Below are positions 49,433 through 61,895 of a DNA stretch of 64,000 nt, one piece after another. The notes beneath the pieces were generated by a model. It was not told the origin of the DNA. It searched no databases and worked only from the letters and a program-made list of their open reading frames with translations. The translations under genes were made by a program, and so were the position numbers. Location: positions 50,718,001 through 50,782,000 of the forward strand of contig CM052817.1 of assembly GCA_028534125.1 (NCBI GenBank), in the 5' to 3' direction. Origin of the DNA: Lama glama. Its lineage: Eukaryota. How positions within the stretch are numbered: position 1 is the first letter of the stretch; the number at the start of each line of letters is the position of its first letter.

Positions 49433-52400
49433 AAGGTAATGTTTTGTTATGGTTTGAAAGTACAGGAGAAATTTTTACCTCAATGACTATCGTTTCTAAA
49501 TGTCTATATTCAGCTTTGGTTCACAGTTAGTTCTTGTCTTATGTTGTATTATCAAGATGACACACATTTATATAACCTATACCTTCCTTTAAGCCCTTTC
49601 TTGCTATGGAAATCAGAACAAGTGGAGAGTGACATAGATGCTCTTGCAAATGTGAAAATATGCAATTCTAAATTTGTTCTCTAATGCTTTTCCCAAAAAC
49701 ATCAGTGCCCTCTGTAACAAATTTTATGAACCAGTAAGTGGGTACCATTGTCTCCCAGAAAGGACTTCTATGAGTTATTAGATAGCAAATACTACAGTTG
49801 CACAAAAGGTGGTAAAACACTTCTAAAATCATGGTTTAATTTACTTACGACAAACTGAAGCACACTGACTAAGAAGTATTAACTCCACTGTAAGACATGC
49901 TATGCCCTTCATAGACTGCTCTCCATAAGCCTTTGCTTAAAATCCCACAAATAACTGAAGATCAGATCAACAGTAAATCCCAGGGGGTGCTCCAATAAAC
50001 AATGGTTGATGTTTTCTCTTCGTATTATTTTCAAACACTCTCGGGTTAAAATATAAATTATTCCTATTATAGAAATTAGATTTTCTTTGTCTCAAGGAAG
50101 AAGTGTGGAAATAAATGAAAACACAATTTGAAATTGTTGCCTGAGAATATGTAATTGACAGAAGGAAAAATTCTCTTTTATAAAATGTGTTCTCTAGTGG
50201 CAAACCATTATGAGTTCTTATTGTTTAAAATGATTTTCTAAGGAATTAGTTATATGAGTCATACTAATTCTGTTTCAGTGCTTCAGCATCATTTTCAAAC
50301 AGTTGGACTGCTACAAAATTTAAGCATGATGTTACTCAATTTTGCTGGGTCTTGGTTATTTCTATTCTATTTCCTAGACAATTTTTCCCTTCTTATTCAC
50401 CTTTCTCTTGTGTGTTCTCCCCGTCCCCTCCCTTCTTTTTACTGGAGCATGTCCCCTTAACTTCAGTAAACCCTTGAACTTAATAGATCCCCCAACAACC
50501 TCCCCCTTTTACTTCTAGCTCTCCTGAGGCTGCATTTCATGGCAAAACCCTATTAGCTTATTTTGATGTTTTTATCTTTGTGTGATTGGGAACCAGTCCA
50601 TGAAGCCAAAACATACAATCTTCTGAGGGCACTAAGTGGGTTTTCAGATCTCCTGTGAGGAGGAATGAGCTTCAATAAAACATTAGGCCACTACCCAAGT
50701 TGACTGCCTTGAGTGATGTAACATCTTATGTGGTTCCTGCCTTTTACTGTAAGTTTACACTCCCATGAACATTAACTCTGCCCGGTTGCAGTGCCTTAAG
50801 TGAAAGTTTGCACGCAAATATGGCCTCCATGAAAGTTACCTCGGGCTAAAGTACTTCCATCATCGACAAAATTAAGCGTCACAGTAAGTCTCTGGTGGCT
50901 TAGTTGGCCTCAGATTCAGTTGTGGCTCATGTTTTATTAATGTGGTGAGATTGTCCTTTCTTTTCAGCCTCCCACAGCAGGTGAGCTTGTCATATTCACT
51001 AAAAGAGAACGAGAGAAGATTGCCAACCACTTGCGCGAATTGTTTCCACAGTTCTTAATTTCTGTTGAGAGGCACGCAATATAAACAAAGTTTTACTTAA
51101 CTGCTGAAACATTTGTCAAGGATTTGATACACGCAAACCTCCATTTCTGTGCTATGAAAACTCTGCTGTGGGCTCCTCTGGGTAACCCTGTGCATGCCAG
51201 GCGGAATCCCAGAATGAAGGTCTTTGGATGCTTCCTCTGCCTTCAGCCTGGTGAAAAGAAATCTCACAACCCAGAAAACCAGATGGGTGGCCTGGAAATA
51301 AGTTAAAAAAAAATCACACTCAGCTAGAGTAGAGAGGTCCTGACCCCTACTCAAGTTTACCTTTGCCTGGCCGATTTTCTTGTGGTGGATTTTTTTTAAG
51401 GATTTGGCATTTTCTATATTTAAAGTTATAATAGGTGTTAAAAGTTAAGCTCTTTAAGTTTCTAATGTGCTAGAAAAACCTTCAAATTTTATTCTGCACT
51501 CTGTACCCAATACAGCATTAAATACAAAGAATATCTTTCTTGTAATGTAACAGAAATGAAAAATTAAGTATGTTACAGTAAAGAAGAGAGTCCTTAATGT
51601 GTTTAATCTCTGTTAACATAAACATCCATCTCATTTTAAAAAATTATTTGCTGTAATTGAAAATTTTCTTCTTTTGAATTTGACAAGACCTACAGTTTAA
51701 AAGATCAGAGATACAAATTCTGTACTGTAGATACTGAAAAATGACATCCTAATCAATGGATTCTGTATATTAATTTAATCTAATTAGGTTTTTTTTTTAC
51801 TCTTGAAAAAATGAACAAACCAGTATCACTGCTTTTTTGAGGTTATAATACAATAAATATGAATATACATTCATAATCCATAATACAAGTCAGGGGATAC
51901 TTTCTCAATAACCTATATATCAATATATTCATTGAATAGTAGACAAAGAAAACACTATTAATGTTTTAAATTTTTTTTGATCTGAAATTACTTAGTTTGG
52001 CTGCATCTGCATATATGTCTGCAAATTTTGTAGTTTGACTATCAGTGTTAATTAACTGCATACACCAAATGCTCCCTTTTAAAATTTGTACTTTGGGAAT
52101 CCTTATCACTGAGATTCCTCATTCATTGTCTTGATTGATTTACAATCAATTTCTAGAACAAACAAATGATATGTAGTTCTTACCTCTCTTAAACCTGCAA
52201 TGGTTACACAAACAAAATTTGAGGGACGGGGATGACAGTGCCATTGTGCAGGCTATTTGATGCATTGAAGCAGACTGCATTGAGGGTATAGTGTTAGGAA
52301 AGCCAAGGTGAGAAAGCCAGCTCAGAAAAGAAGTGAAGGGAATGGTAAACGGAGATGGAGATTGAAACTCTTGTGCTGTGTTGAATACAACTTTCAAGGA

Positions 52401-52479
52401 ATTAATGACTCAAAAAACAATTCCACTGTATGTTGCTATTTATGTTGCTTTAGCTGATGTTGCTTCATGTAAAACTAGA

Positions 52480-52805
52480 CTTAAGATGTTGCTGATTTTT
52501 CTCCCTGGTGATCCATATTGTTCACTCTGTCACCTTCCCTTAGTTTCTGTTGAAATGTCACATTATCAGTTGGACTTCTCTGATACTCTAAAAGTGGCAA
52601 AATATCTCCCATACCCCATTTCTAACCTCTTTGTAAGTTTTATTTTTCTCTATAAAACTCATGAAGAAATCATTTAGTTGCTTTTTTATAATTAGCTCTT
52701 TCTCCCACTTGCTTCATGAATACAGGAAGCATGTTTGTTCACTGCTGTTTCCAACATCTAAACAATTAGATAAGATGCTCAATAATTGTTTGCTAAATGG
52801 ATGAA
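52480..52805 (+). mobile_element. LINE-2 3' end
   Basis: aatgtcacattatcag...gcttcatgaatacaggaa...tttgttcactgctgtttccaacatcta...gatgctcaataattgtttgctaaatggatgaa. Confidence 0.75.
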
Positions 52806-54829
52806 GGGGAAATCCAAACATTTGTTCCCTGTTGGTAATACTCTCCTTTCATGTTACCAGAGTACTTCCTTCCATCATTCCTCTTCAGGCTTTCCAAAAT
52901 TTATGTGGGACAAGTGAATCTGAATCAGACCAGTTCAAATCAAAACCCAATTAAAATATTTTTATTTAGAGAAATTTTGTCTAACAGTCTAATCAGTGAG
53001 AATTGTTTCATCAATCTTCTTGATGTAGCAATTATGGCCATCTGTTTAGCGAATGCTTTTCTTTATTTAGTCAACTGTAAACTGAATTCTGAGAAAAGGA
53101 CAAATGATGAAGTGTTTCAAGCCTCGCTTTATCATCAACATGATTCCAAAGAGTTCATATGTTTTGGTTTTTCACTCAGATTCTAATCCAGTTTGAGGTA
53201 TGTGGTAACAGTGGATTAAAACTTTCATTTAAGAGAAGAGTTGAGTAGAAACAGTAGAGTTTAAAACCTGTTCAGCATCATGTAGTACGGCCAGCATTTA
53301 GTCTACCACGCTAAGAAAAAAAGCAAGGCACTAACATTTGCTAAATAATGAGAAGACAAGCAGAGTCTCATGAATTTTCTCCTAAAAGAGCTGGATTCCA
53401 TTTTTGTTCTGTAGCACTGTTCATTAGCATCTTTGAATTTTTCTTATTGCTGTGTAGCCAAACAATCCCACCACACCAAGCCAGAAAGAATTCAAATGCT
53501 GATGTATCTAGGTTCTTCAAAGTTTATTCCTGGCACGTTTTTGAACCTTAATTTCAGTCTTGTTTTCTACATGATGTCACATTTTCTTTGAAATATAAAT
53601 CTAAATGGCAACAAGGATTATTTGTGTAAAATGAGTTCCCACTGTACAGGACCATCCCATAAACAATGCATAGGGTTCAGTAATGCAAGTTGAAAATCAG
53701 AATTGCATTTTAAAATGACTGCAGAATAACACAGACTAAAGCCAGTTCCTAGTATTTAATTAGATTTATTTGTATGAGATCTCAAGATTATTTCACTTGA
53801 GATATTATTTTAGACTTTCTCCTACAGTGCAATACTTATTGACACTATTTTCAGCTAACCACAGCATTTTGACTGAGTAATTCTACCATTACTTTTCCGT
53901 CACATGGTATAACTGATAGGCTAAATTTTTCCAGCAAAGCATGTTAGATGTGTAAAAACAATTCAAAGCCAATAAATGCAGTTACTCGGGAAACATTATA
54001 AGGAAATGTCACACCATAACATTTACCTGCTATGTTTTATTCTTTAACCCTCAAGCACTTTTGTTGTTTCCCAAGCGGAGATTAGTAACTTAAAAAGCTT
54101 TTATTAAACATGTACAATCTAAATGAAGCACTCAACCAACTGTAAATTCTCTCAGTTAGACTTCCTGCAAATGACAAATGAGTGTGAATGTGCAATAAAC
54201 CTCTGAATACCAGTGATTTAGGGCTAAGCGGAACTAGAGGATTTCTAGCAGCAGATTGAATGCAATTGATTGTGTGGTAAAAGGTAAGTAAAGCATGTGT
54301 CAGTTCCTTGTTTGCCCTTTCATTTCCCTAAATCAAGAGAGGATACTTCAGTGCAGAATTTATATTAATGTGCTTTGAGCAACAACTTAGGGCACAGAAA
54401 AGACACAACAACTCATAGGTTAACAATTGCATTATTTCAAGGCACCAGACCTCAACTTCTTTTGAGCAATAGAAGAATTACTTGCAGATAAGAAAAATTC
54501 ATCCAAAGTGTCATTTATTTGCTTTTGTTTGTATGGAGGAACAATTTACGGTATTTCTTTACAGACCATAATTGACTTGCTTTAGACTCTCTGATAGAAG
54601 CTTAGTGTATGTAATGGAATTGCTTTGGTCTACATTAGCAATTTTTAAATTTGATGGTGACAGCCACACCTATCTCCTTAAATATGATCTTTGACATTTA
54701 TATTTATTTTTTGGAATTTTATATTTATCTGTGAAGTTTGTAGATCAATGATATACAGTATTTGCCTTTTAAATAGGAAGGGCACAGTATTAAATTTTAA
54801 AATTGTTATATTTTATTTTGTCATCTTTA

Positions 54830-55154
54830 TAGGCATATGTCATTTTATTACAGTTTGTTTTATGGCACTTTGCAGATACTGCATTCTTTTTTTTTTTTAC
54901 AAATTGAAGTATTGTGACAACCCTGCCTTATAAGAAGATGGTTAGAATTCTTAGCAATAAATAATTTTTTTAATTAAAGTACGTACATTGTGTAGACATA
55001 ATGCTATCGCACACTTAATAGACTACAGTATAGTGTAAATGTAGCTTTTACATCCACTGGGAAACCAGAAAATTCACATGCCTTGCTTTATTGTGTTACT
55101 CATTTTATTATGGTGATTTGTAATGAAACCTGCAGTATCTCTGAAGTATGCCTG
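54830..55154 (+). mobile_element. Tigger1 internal-deletion MITE (Tigger1a-like)
   Basis: taggcatat...acaaattgaag...caaccctgc joined to agacataatgctatcgcacacttaatagactacagtatagtgtaaa...gtatgcctg. TA on both flanks. Confidence 0.9.
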
Positions 55155-55296
55155 TATTCATCTTTAAAATTAAATACAGATTAGGAAGCCAAATCTGATC
55201 ATTTATATATTATACACGTATCGTGTCAAGTTATGTGGTAATAGCGAGCAACCCCACATCTATGCCACTAAACAAGTTTCATTCTTGTTAAACATC

Positions 55297-56102
55297 TGTT
55301 AAAAGATAAGCTGAGGCTTATTACAATTTTTAAGAGTTTGAGCAAAAATTGATTCTAATCCAGCAGCACCAAACTGGAAGTAGTTAAGAGCACTCCACTG
55401 ACAGGAACCAGGGGAAAGACTTTTATAAATACAATGTGGAAGTAAAACCAGGAAATTATTTGACTGGCAATAGCTTAAGCATTTGCCTTATTTAGAAAAG
55501 CCTAGTTGGCTGTCTGTGATTGGTTGTTCTTAGGTTTTGATTTCTTTTTTTTTTTAAACATTTTTTTACTGAGTTATAGTCATTTTACAATGTTGTGTCA
55601 AATTCCAGCGTAGAGCACAATTTTTCAATTATACATGAACATACATACATTCATTGTCACATTCTCTTTTGCTGTGAGCTGCCACAAGATCCTGTATATA
55701 TTTCCCTGTGCTACACAGTACAATCTTGTTTATCTATTCTACATTTTGAAATCCCAGTCTGTCCCTTCCCACCCCCGGACCCCCTGGCAACCACAAGTTT
55801 GTATTCTATGTCTATGAGTCTGTTTCTGTTTTGTATTTATGGTTTGTTTTTTTTTTTTTTTGATTCCGCATGTGAGTGATCTCATATGATATTTTTCTTT
55901 CTCTTTCTGGCTTACTTCACTTAGAATGACATTGTCCAGGAACATCCATGTTGCTGCAAATGGCATTATGTTGTTGGTTTTTATGGCTGAATAGTATCCC
56001 ATTGTATAATTTTATAGGCTTAGGCTTTGGTTTACTTATGTAGATTGCCAAGGCTCTAAAGCCACCTCAGTCTAATGTCCTCTGTATTTAGTTAATGTAA
56101 CA
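55297..56102 (-). mobile_element. ERV1-type solo LTR interrupted by a young L1 fragment
   Basis: tgttaaaagataagctgagg...gattggttgttcttaggttttgatttc | L1 | tttataggcttaggctttgg...gccacctcagtctaatg...ttaatgtaaca. Termini tgtta / taaca are inverted repeats. Confidence 0.8.
55545..56008 (-). mobile_element. Young L1 3' fragment (ORF2p C-terminus, 3'UTR, polyA)
   Basis: Minus ORF 55739-56002 reads YYSAIKTNNIMPFAATWMFLDNVILSEVSQKEKEKYHMRSLTCGI. poly(T) at the left end. Confidence 0.92.
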
Positions 56103-56244
56103 ATTGTCCTTCATGCTACTTGTCCATTAATAGACAGCAGCTAGGGAATTCAAACACGATCACTTAAGGACCGAGGCTGATTGGGTAACCACCACCTTAA
56201 AAGTTGGTTATTTCCTCTACTGTATACTCTTGCCTCCTTTCTAG

Positions 56245-56466
56245 AAGGTGGGGGAAAGGATAAATTAAGAGTTAGGGATTAGCAGATACAAACTACTATA
56301 TATAAAATAGACAAACAACAAGGTCCTACTGTATAGCACAGGGAACTATATTCAATATCTTGTAATAACCTATAATGAAAAATAATATATATGTATAACT
56401 GAATCACTATGCTGTACACCTGGTAACACAACCTTATAGCTAGACTGTACTTAAATAAAAAAAAAA
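56245..56466 (+). mobile_element. L1 3' end (L1_Art-like)
   Basis: Homologous to 19430-19668. Ends aataaaaaaaaaa. Confidence 0.9.
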
Positions 56467-56848
56467 GTTCGTCATTGTTTCAGAAGGAAAGTAAGCTATG
56501 GCTGTTCTCGTCCAAAGGTAATACATGTTATATTCACTTTAACAAAGTAGCTGGTTTCCTTTGTTTTCAGTTTCCAGAAAGCAGGTGAAAATTTTCAGAA
56601 TGCTACTTTATTTTATGTTTTTTTTCTTATCACGATTTTTAAATAAATTAAAATTGGCATTGTGCTATTAAATGCAAACATAAGGGCTGCCAAAATTGGA
56701 TACACAGTAAATTATACATATGTTTATATAGTGGCAATCATAGATTGTTATGTAGTGAGGCTGTATCAGTTTGCTGGTACTAAAATAACACTTAACTACA
56801 AAAATTTACCAGCCTTAATGACATTTAAAAATAAACAACAAGCTAATA

Positions 56849-57179
56849 CAGGGGTTGGTAAACTAGAGCTTGATGGCCAGATGAGGCTTGCAACCTATTT
56901 TTGTGCATCTCATGAGTTAAGGATGGTTTCTGTGGTTTGAATTGTTTGAAAAAATTTTAAGAAAAATTTTGTGGCGCAACAAAACAACATGAAATTCAAA
57001 TTTCAGTCTCCAGGAGTAAAGTTTCATTAGAATAAGCCATAGCTATTGGTTTATGTTATCTACAGCTACTTTTGTGATACGGTGGCAGAGTTGATAGCTG
57101 GTATAGAGATTGTGTGGCCCTAAAGATGAACCTATTTGTAGTCTTTTCCTTTATATGAAACAAAGTTCTCTAGACCCTG
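56849..57179. mobile_element. MER58B (hAT-Charlie)
   Basis: caggggttggtaaacta...atgaaattcaaatttcagt...ggtggcagagttga...accctg. Degenerate TSD agctaata / aactaaaa. Confidence 0.85.
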
Positions 57180-57995
57180 AACTAAAACGTTAGTCCATTT
57201 AGCTTGAGCTTGCCTGGAATGGCTCAACTCCACACGTCTCTCATCCTTCCCTTGAAGTTAGTGGGCATGTTTCTCTCACTGGAATGATGACTAGCAAGAG
57301 GGAGAGAGGGGAATATATACATATGGAGTGAAGAAATTCTGGGATGCACATAGACGGAAAATTTTGGCAATGAGAAAATTTGAAATAACTTACGCCTGAC
57401 AGAGTTCGTATCAAAGGTGCCTCCCAAAATCATCATCTCCTAAAATAGCTATCATTTTTTGAATGATTAATATGTGACAGACACCTTGAATGTATCTTTT
57501 GTTTAATTCTAGGCACTTCAATTCATCTTTCATAAAGGAGAAAATGGGTGTGAGATGTATTAGACAATTTCCACATTTTTTATAGCTAATGAAGTGATGC
57601 AATAAGGATTAGAGCTTCCGTTATGTCTACAGTATGCATGACCATGTGTTCTGGGGGTCACAGGAGAGTTCTAGTTTTTGTGTATTGCCAGCCTAATGAT
57701 CAATAGTTCCTCTTTTGTTCTCAAAATTGTCTGATTTTGGTGATAAATTAGATGGTCACTTTGATCTGAAGCCAACTCTCTGAATGGCATCTCCTTGAAT
57801 TAAACTAGAACAGGAAATTGAATGTAAAAGCTCTACATAACCTACTAACTGTCCTTTGTCCTTGGCCAAAATGTATTTATAAAACACTGATTTCTAGAAA
57901 TAAAATCTCTCTTGCTTAGGGTTTCAACTCTTTATTTCCATAATTGGAAGTGAGGAGACTTTTACCACACTGATCAGGTAGTACTGTAGGAATCA

Positions 57996-59277
57996 TTTCT
58001 TTCTTTCTTTTTGTTTTTTCAATTGAAGTATAGTCAGTTAACAATGCTGTGTCAATTTCTGGCATAATGCTCCAGTCATACATGTACATACAAATATTGT
58101 TTTTCATTATAGGTTACTACAAGATACTGAATATAATTCCTTGTGCTATGCAGTATAAACTTGTTATTTATCTATTTTATATATAGTAGTTAGATCTGCA
58201 AATCTTGAACTCTCAGTTTACCCCTTTCCACCCCCTTCCCCACTGGTAACCATAAGTTTGTAATCTGTGTCTGTGAGTTTGTTTCTGTTTTGTAAATAAG
58301 TTTGTTTCTCTCCTCTCTCTCTCTTTTTTTTTTAATTCCACATATAAGTGATATCACATGGTATTTTTCTTTCTCTTTCTGGCTTACCTCAGAATGACAG
58401 TCTCCAAGTCCATCCATGTTGTAAATGGCATTACTTTGTTTTTTATGGCTGAATTGTATTCCATTGTATAAATATACCACACCTTCTTTATCCAGTCCTC
58501 TGTCAATGGACATTTAGATTGTTTCCATGCCTTGGCTATTGTAAATAGTGCTGCTGTGAACTCTGGGGTGCATGTTTATTTTTCAATTGAAATTCCCTCT
58601 GGATATATGCCCAGGACTGGGATTGCTGGATCATATGGTAAGTCTATTTTTAGCTTTTTGAGGAATCTCCATACTGTTTTCCACAACAGCTGCACCAAAC
58701 TACATTCTCACCAACAGTGTAGGAGGGTTCCCTTTTCTCTACACCCTCTCTAGCATTTATCATTTGTGGACTTTTTAAGGTGGCCCTTCTGACTGGTGTG
58801 AGGTGATACCTCATTGTAGTTTTGATTTGCATATCTCTGATAATTAGTGATACTGAGCATTTTTTCATGTGCCCATTGACCATTTGTATGTCTTCACTGG
58901 AGATTTGCTTGTTTAGGTCTTCTGCCCATTTTTGGATTGTTTGTTCTTTTGTTACTCAGTTGTATGAGCTGTTTACATATTCTGGAAATTAAGCCCTTGT
59001 CAGTCTCATCTTTTGCAAATATTTTCTCCCATTCCATAGGTTGTCTTTTGGCTTTTGATTTCCTTTGCTGTGCAAATCTTGTAAGTTTAATTAGGTCCCA
59101 TTTGTTTATTTTTGCTTTTATTTCTATTGCCTGGGTAGACTGCCTTAGGAGAACATTGCTGAAACCTATGTCAGATAATGTTTTGCTTATGTTTTCTCCT
59201 AGGAGGTTTATAGTGTCTTATCATTTAAGTCTTCAAAGCCATTTTGAGTTTATTTTTGTGTATGGCGTGAGGGAGTG
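57996..59277 (-). mobile_element. Relatively young 5'-truncated L1 (~1.3 kb)
   Basis: Minus ORF remnants 58650-58883 ([31 protein letters not shown]2p C-terminal region) and 58190-58513 (SEVSQKEKEKYHVISLICGI). T-rich tail at the left end. Confidence 0.93.
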
Positions 59278-59805
59278 AGTTACCTGACATATTGAAATGT
59301 TTCACCCACTCCCGTAATTTGGATATGATCATTCTTGTATTTCAAAGCATATTTTTGATATATGTGATTATGTGTGTGTGTTTTGACATTTTGAAAGTTT
59401 GTTATATGTGGTTTACACAATATACTCTCATAGAAAATAATTTTGGAAGATTTTCATGCCAAAGCTGATTTTGACCATTACCTGTGTTGCTCTCTTATTT
59501 CTCCGCATGACTCAAAAGGGATATTTATGACCAGACAGATTTGTAGTTGTGACCAAATATTGTTTAATGGCAGGCTGTGAAAAATATGGGTTTTGTTTAC
59601 TTAACTTTTAGTACTATAAGGTAGAGTTGAATTATTTACTAATTTTAAATGTTTGATGAATTAATCCTTAAGTTTAACAGTTTACAAAAAGAACAGACGT
59701 AGAAATTCCACTACTTAATTTGTCTTCTTGAATGTATTGTCAGTGTTAGTTTCTCTGGCCCTGAACCTACTCATATACAGAGGCTATTTCTCAATTAACA
59801 TTTAT

Positions 59806-59838
59806 TGACTGACTGACTGACTGACTGACTGACTGACT
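59806..59838. repeat. (TGAC)8 microsatellite at an L2-like tail
   Basis: Eight perfect TGAC units preceded by ctcaattaacatttat. Confidence 0.92.
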
Positions 59839-60689
59839 TAATGCACAGACTTGGTGCACTTAGAAGGCAAATTTGAGCTCTATTATTTCATTAGAATTCA
59901 GTGATAAATTGATTCATATATAATATTTTGTACCGACTTTTTGAACAGGAAATTTTTCTAATAAAACCATGGTGATAGAGTATATAGGTTAACTTAAGCA
60001 AACAGAGGATTATAGACAATAAACAGTGACAGTAAGAGTTCTTTATGAAAATTCTCTACTGGATGCTGCACAGAAAAATACCAGGTTCTATTATTTTTTA
60101 ATAAAACACTTGTATATCATACTTAAGAAAGTTTTTAGCTTAGCGATCATGGCTAATAATGCATGTAAATTTGGAAACACAGCTAAATATGACTTTGAAA
60201 AACTTTTCTTCCCCTTTGGATTATGTATTAGAATAGCCACTCAACAATATGGGACCTTAATCATAAAGCAATAATGGGGAAGAATATAGTATGTTCTTTT
60301 TGATAAAAGGAATTTCTGAGGTGAAAACAGATTCTTACTGGATAAAACATGCTTGTGATACAGTGTTTGTATAACCCTGGGTAGCATCCCTCAAGCAGCC
60401 ACCTTCTTGTTGTAATAGTTCAGGGGGTTAGTGCTGTTTAAATTGTAACCTTCAACATGATTAGATAACAATTGCAAAACCTTTAAAATGGCCATTAAGA
60501 AAAGATAAAACTATGCCCCTCTTTACTGGAATGAGGCTAGGACAGGTAATGAGATTTAGATATGGCTCTTTTTTGTTATCTTCAGATTATTTTGCCATTT
60601 TTCTTTTGAGCCACTGCTAGAAAGGGATTGTCAAAATGTCATCATGTGAGGATACTCATGTCCCTTACAAAATTAGTTTTATCATGTTT

Positions 60690-60772
60690 TTCTGTGTGCA
60701 GGGCTTTAGGGGTGGTATTTGTTTAAAGTTCCCTAGGTGATTACAGTGTGAAACCAGGGTGGAGAACCACTG
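60690..60772. mobile_element. MER5A terminal fragment
   Basis: tttaaagttccctaggtgattacagtgtgaaaccagggtggagaaccactg. Confidence 0.75.
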
Positions 60773-61759
60773 AGTTAGAGCTCTAATGGAGAGCATTAGT
60801 TTCCTCAGTCTCTAACTATCCCTTCCAAACAGGATGATAGAACTAACTTTGCAGTCTAAGTCCTTGAGAGAGAGAGGTATAATAGAGAGGAGTGATGCAG
60901 CTGTCCGGGTAGTCTCCTTTAGGATGGATGTGGTGGAGAACACTGCAGTTAGGACTCTTGGACCATGGCTTGCTTTCTTTTCAAGTCCTGAGCCTTGGTG
61001 AGACCAGGGTTAGTGCTGGATAAAGAGGAGACAGGAGGAGCCAGAACAGAGAGCAGTATTGAGAGGGAGGATATCTCAAAAACCTCCCTGTTTGGTTTTG
61101 TTTTCTCAGTTCAGAAATAATTGAATTCATGGCAAAGAGAGAGTGAGAGTTTGAAGATACTCGAGAGAGGTTTTTTCTTTCTTTTTAGAAAAAAGTACCC
61201 TGCAAAAGATGAAAGCAATTCCAAATTAATTACTTCATTTATTAAGCATGCATTTAATGACTGCCACAACTGCTGTGCAACCCAAAGACATGAATCAGAC
61301 ACTTACACTTTATTAGAGAAGATAAAGTTTGAACATAAGTAGCTTTAATGCTAAAAAGAACATATTGTTAGCAAACTATTACTTAAATTTTGTCTGTTTT
61401 TCTCTGAGTGCTATTAATATTTTAAATATTTCCCTAACAGTCAGAATTTAAGAACATACAGACCAGTCTAACCGTATTCTCCAACATCAGTTTCAAACGA
61501 GAAAAGGCACAGTAATACCCAATTTTCCATTAAAAAAATAACAAAAAAAATCCCAGCACTTTGATACCTGAGTCAAAAAACAGAAGCATTTTGTTTTCAG
61601 TCCTTTGTAGAATAACCACAGCAAAAGCCTGAAAAGTAGGTAATAAGTAATATAGAATTCTTATAATATTTAATTTGATAACCAGTTTTATAATATTCAC
61701 TGAGCATAAAATAGAGAGTTCAGATCAACAAAATGATAATTTTCTAGAATTTTAACACT

Positions 61760-61895
61760 CCAAAAAACTTAGAAAATATTTAGTTAGACTCTCGTTTTTT
61801 ATTTGTGGGAACTGAAACCCTGAGAAATTGACTTTTATATCAAAATCAATTTTTGGCACTGTGCTAAAAACTTGGTATTTTAACGCTCAATTTTA
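61760..61895 (-). mobile_element. Degenerate MIR fragment
   Basis: ctctcgttttttatttgtgggaactgaaaccctgagaaattgactt. Confidence 0.4.

Noticed and set aside
54155..54289. Exon-like unit ending AAG|gtaagt
   Set aside because: Stops in the frames checked and a weak acceptor. Isolated donors are common by chance.
45022..56102. LTR pairs as ends of a provirus
   Set aside because: The three LTRs are mutually dissimilar and no gag/pol/env or primer-binding site lies between them. Each is a solo LTR.
9102..59278. ORFs with real protein homology (9845, 11416, 40875, 55739, 58190, 58650 and others)
   Set aside because: These are fragmented LINE-1 ORF1p/ORF2p remnants or antisense L1 frames, not host genes.
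323..61342. Remaining 60-130 aa ORFs
   Set aside because: No recognisable domains, composition typical of AT-rich non-coding DNA, many start at non-ATG codons or lie in repeats, and the length distribution fits chance.
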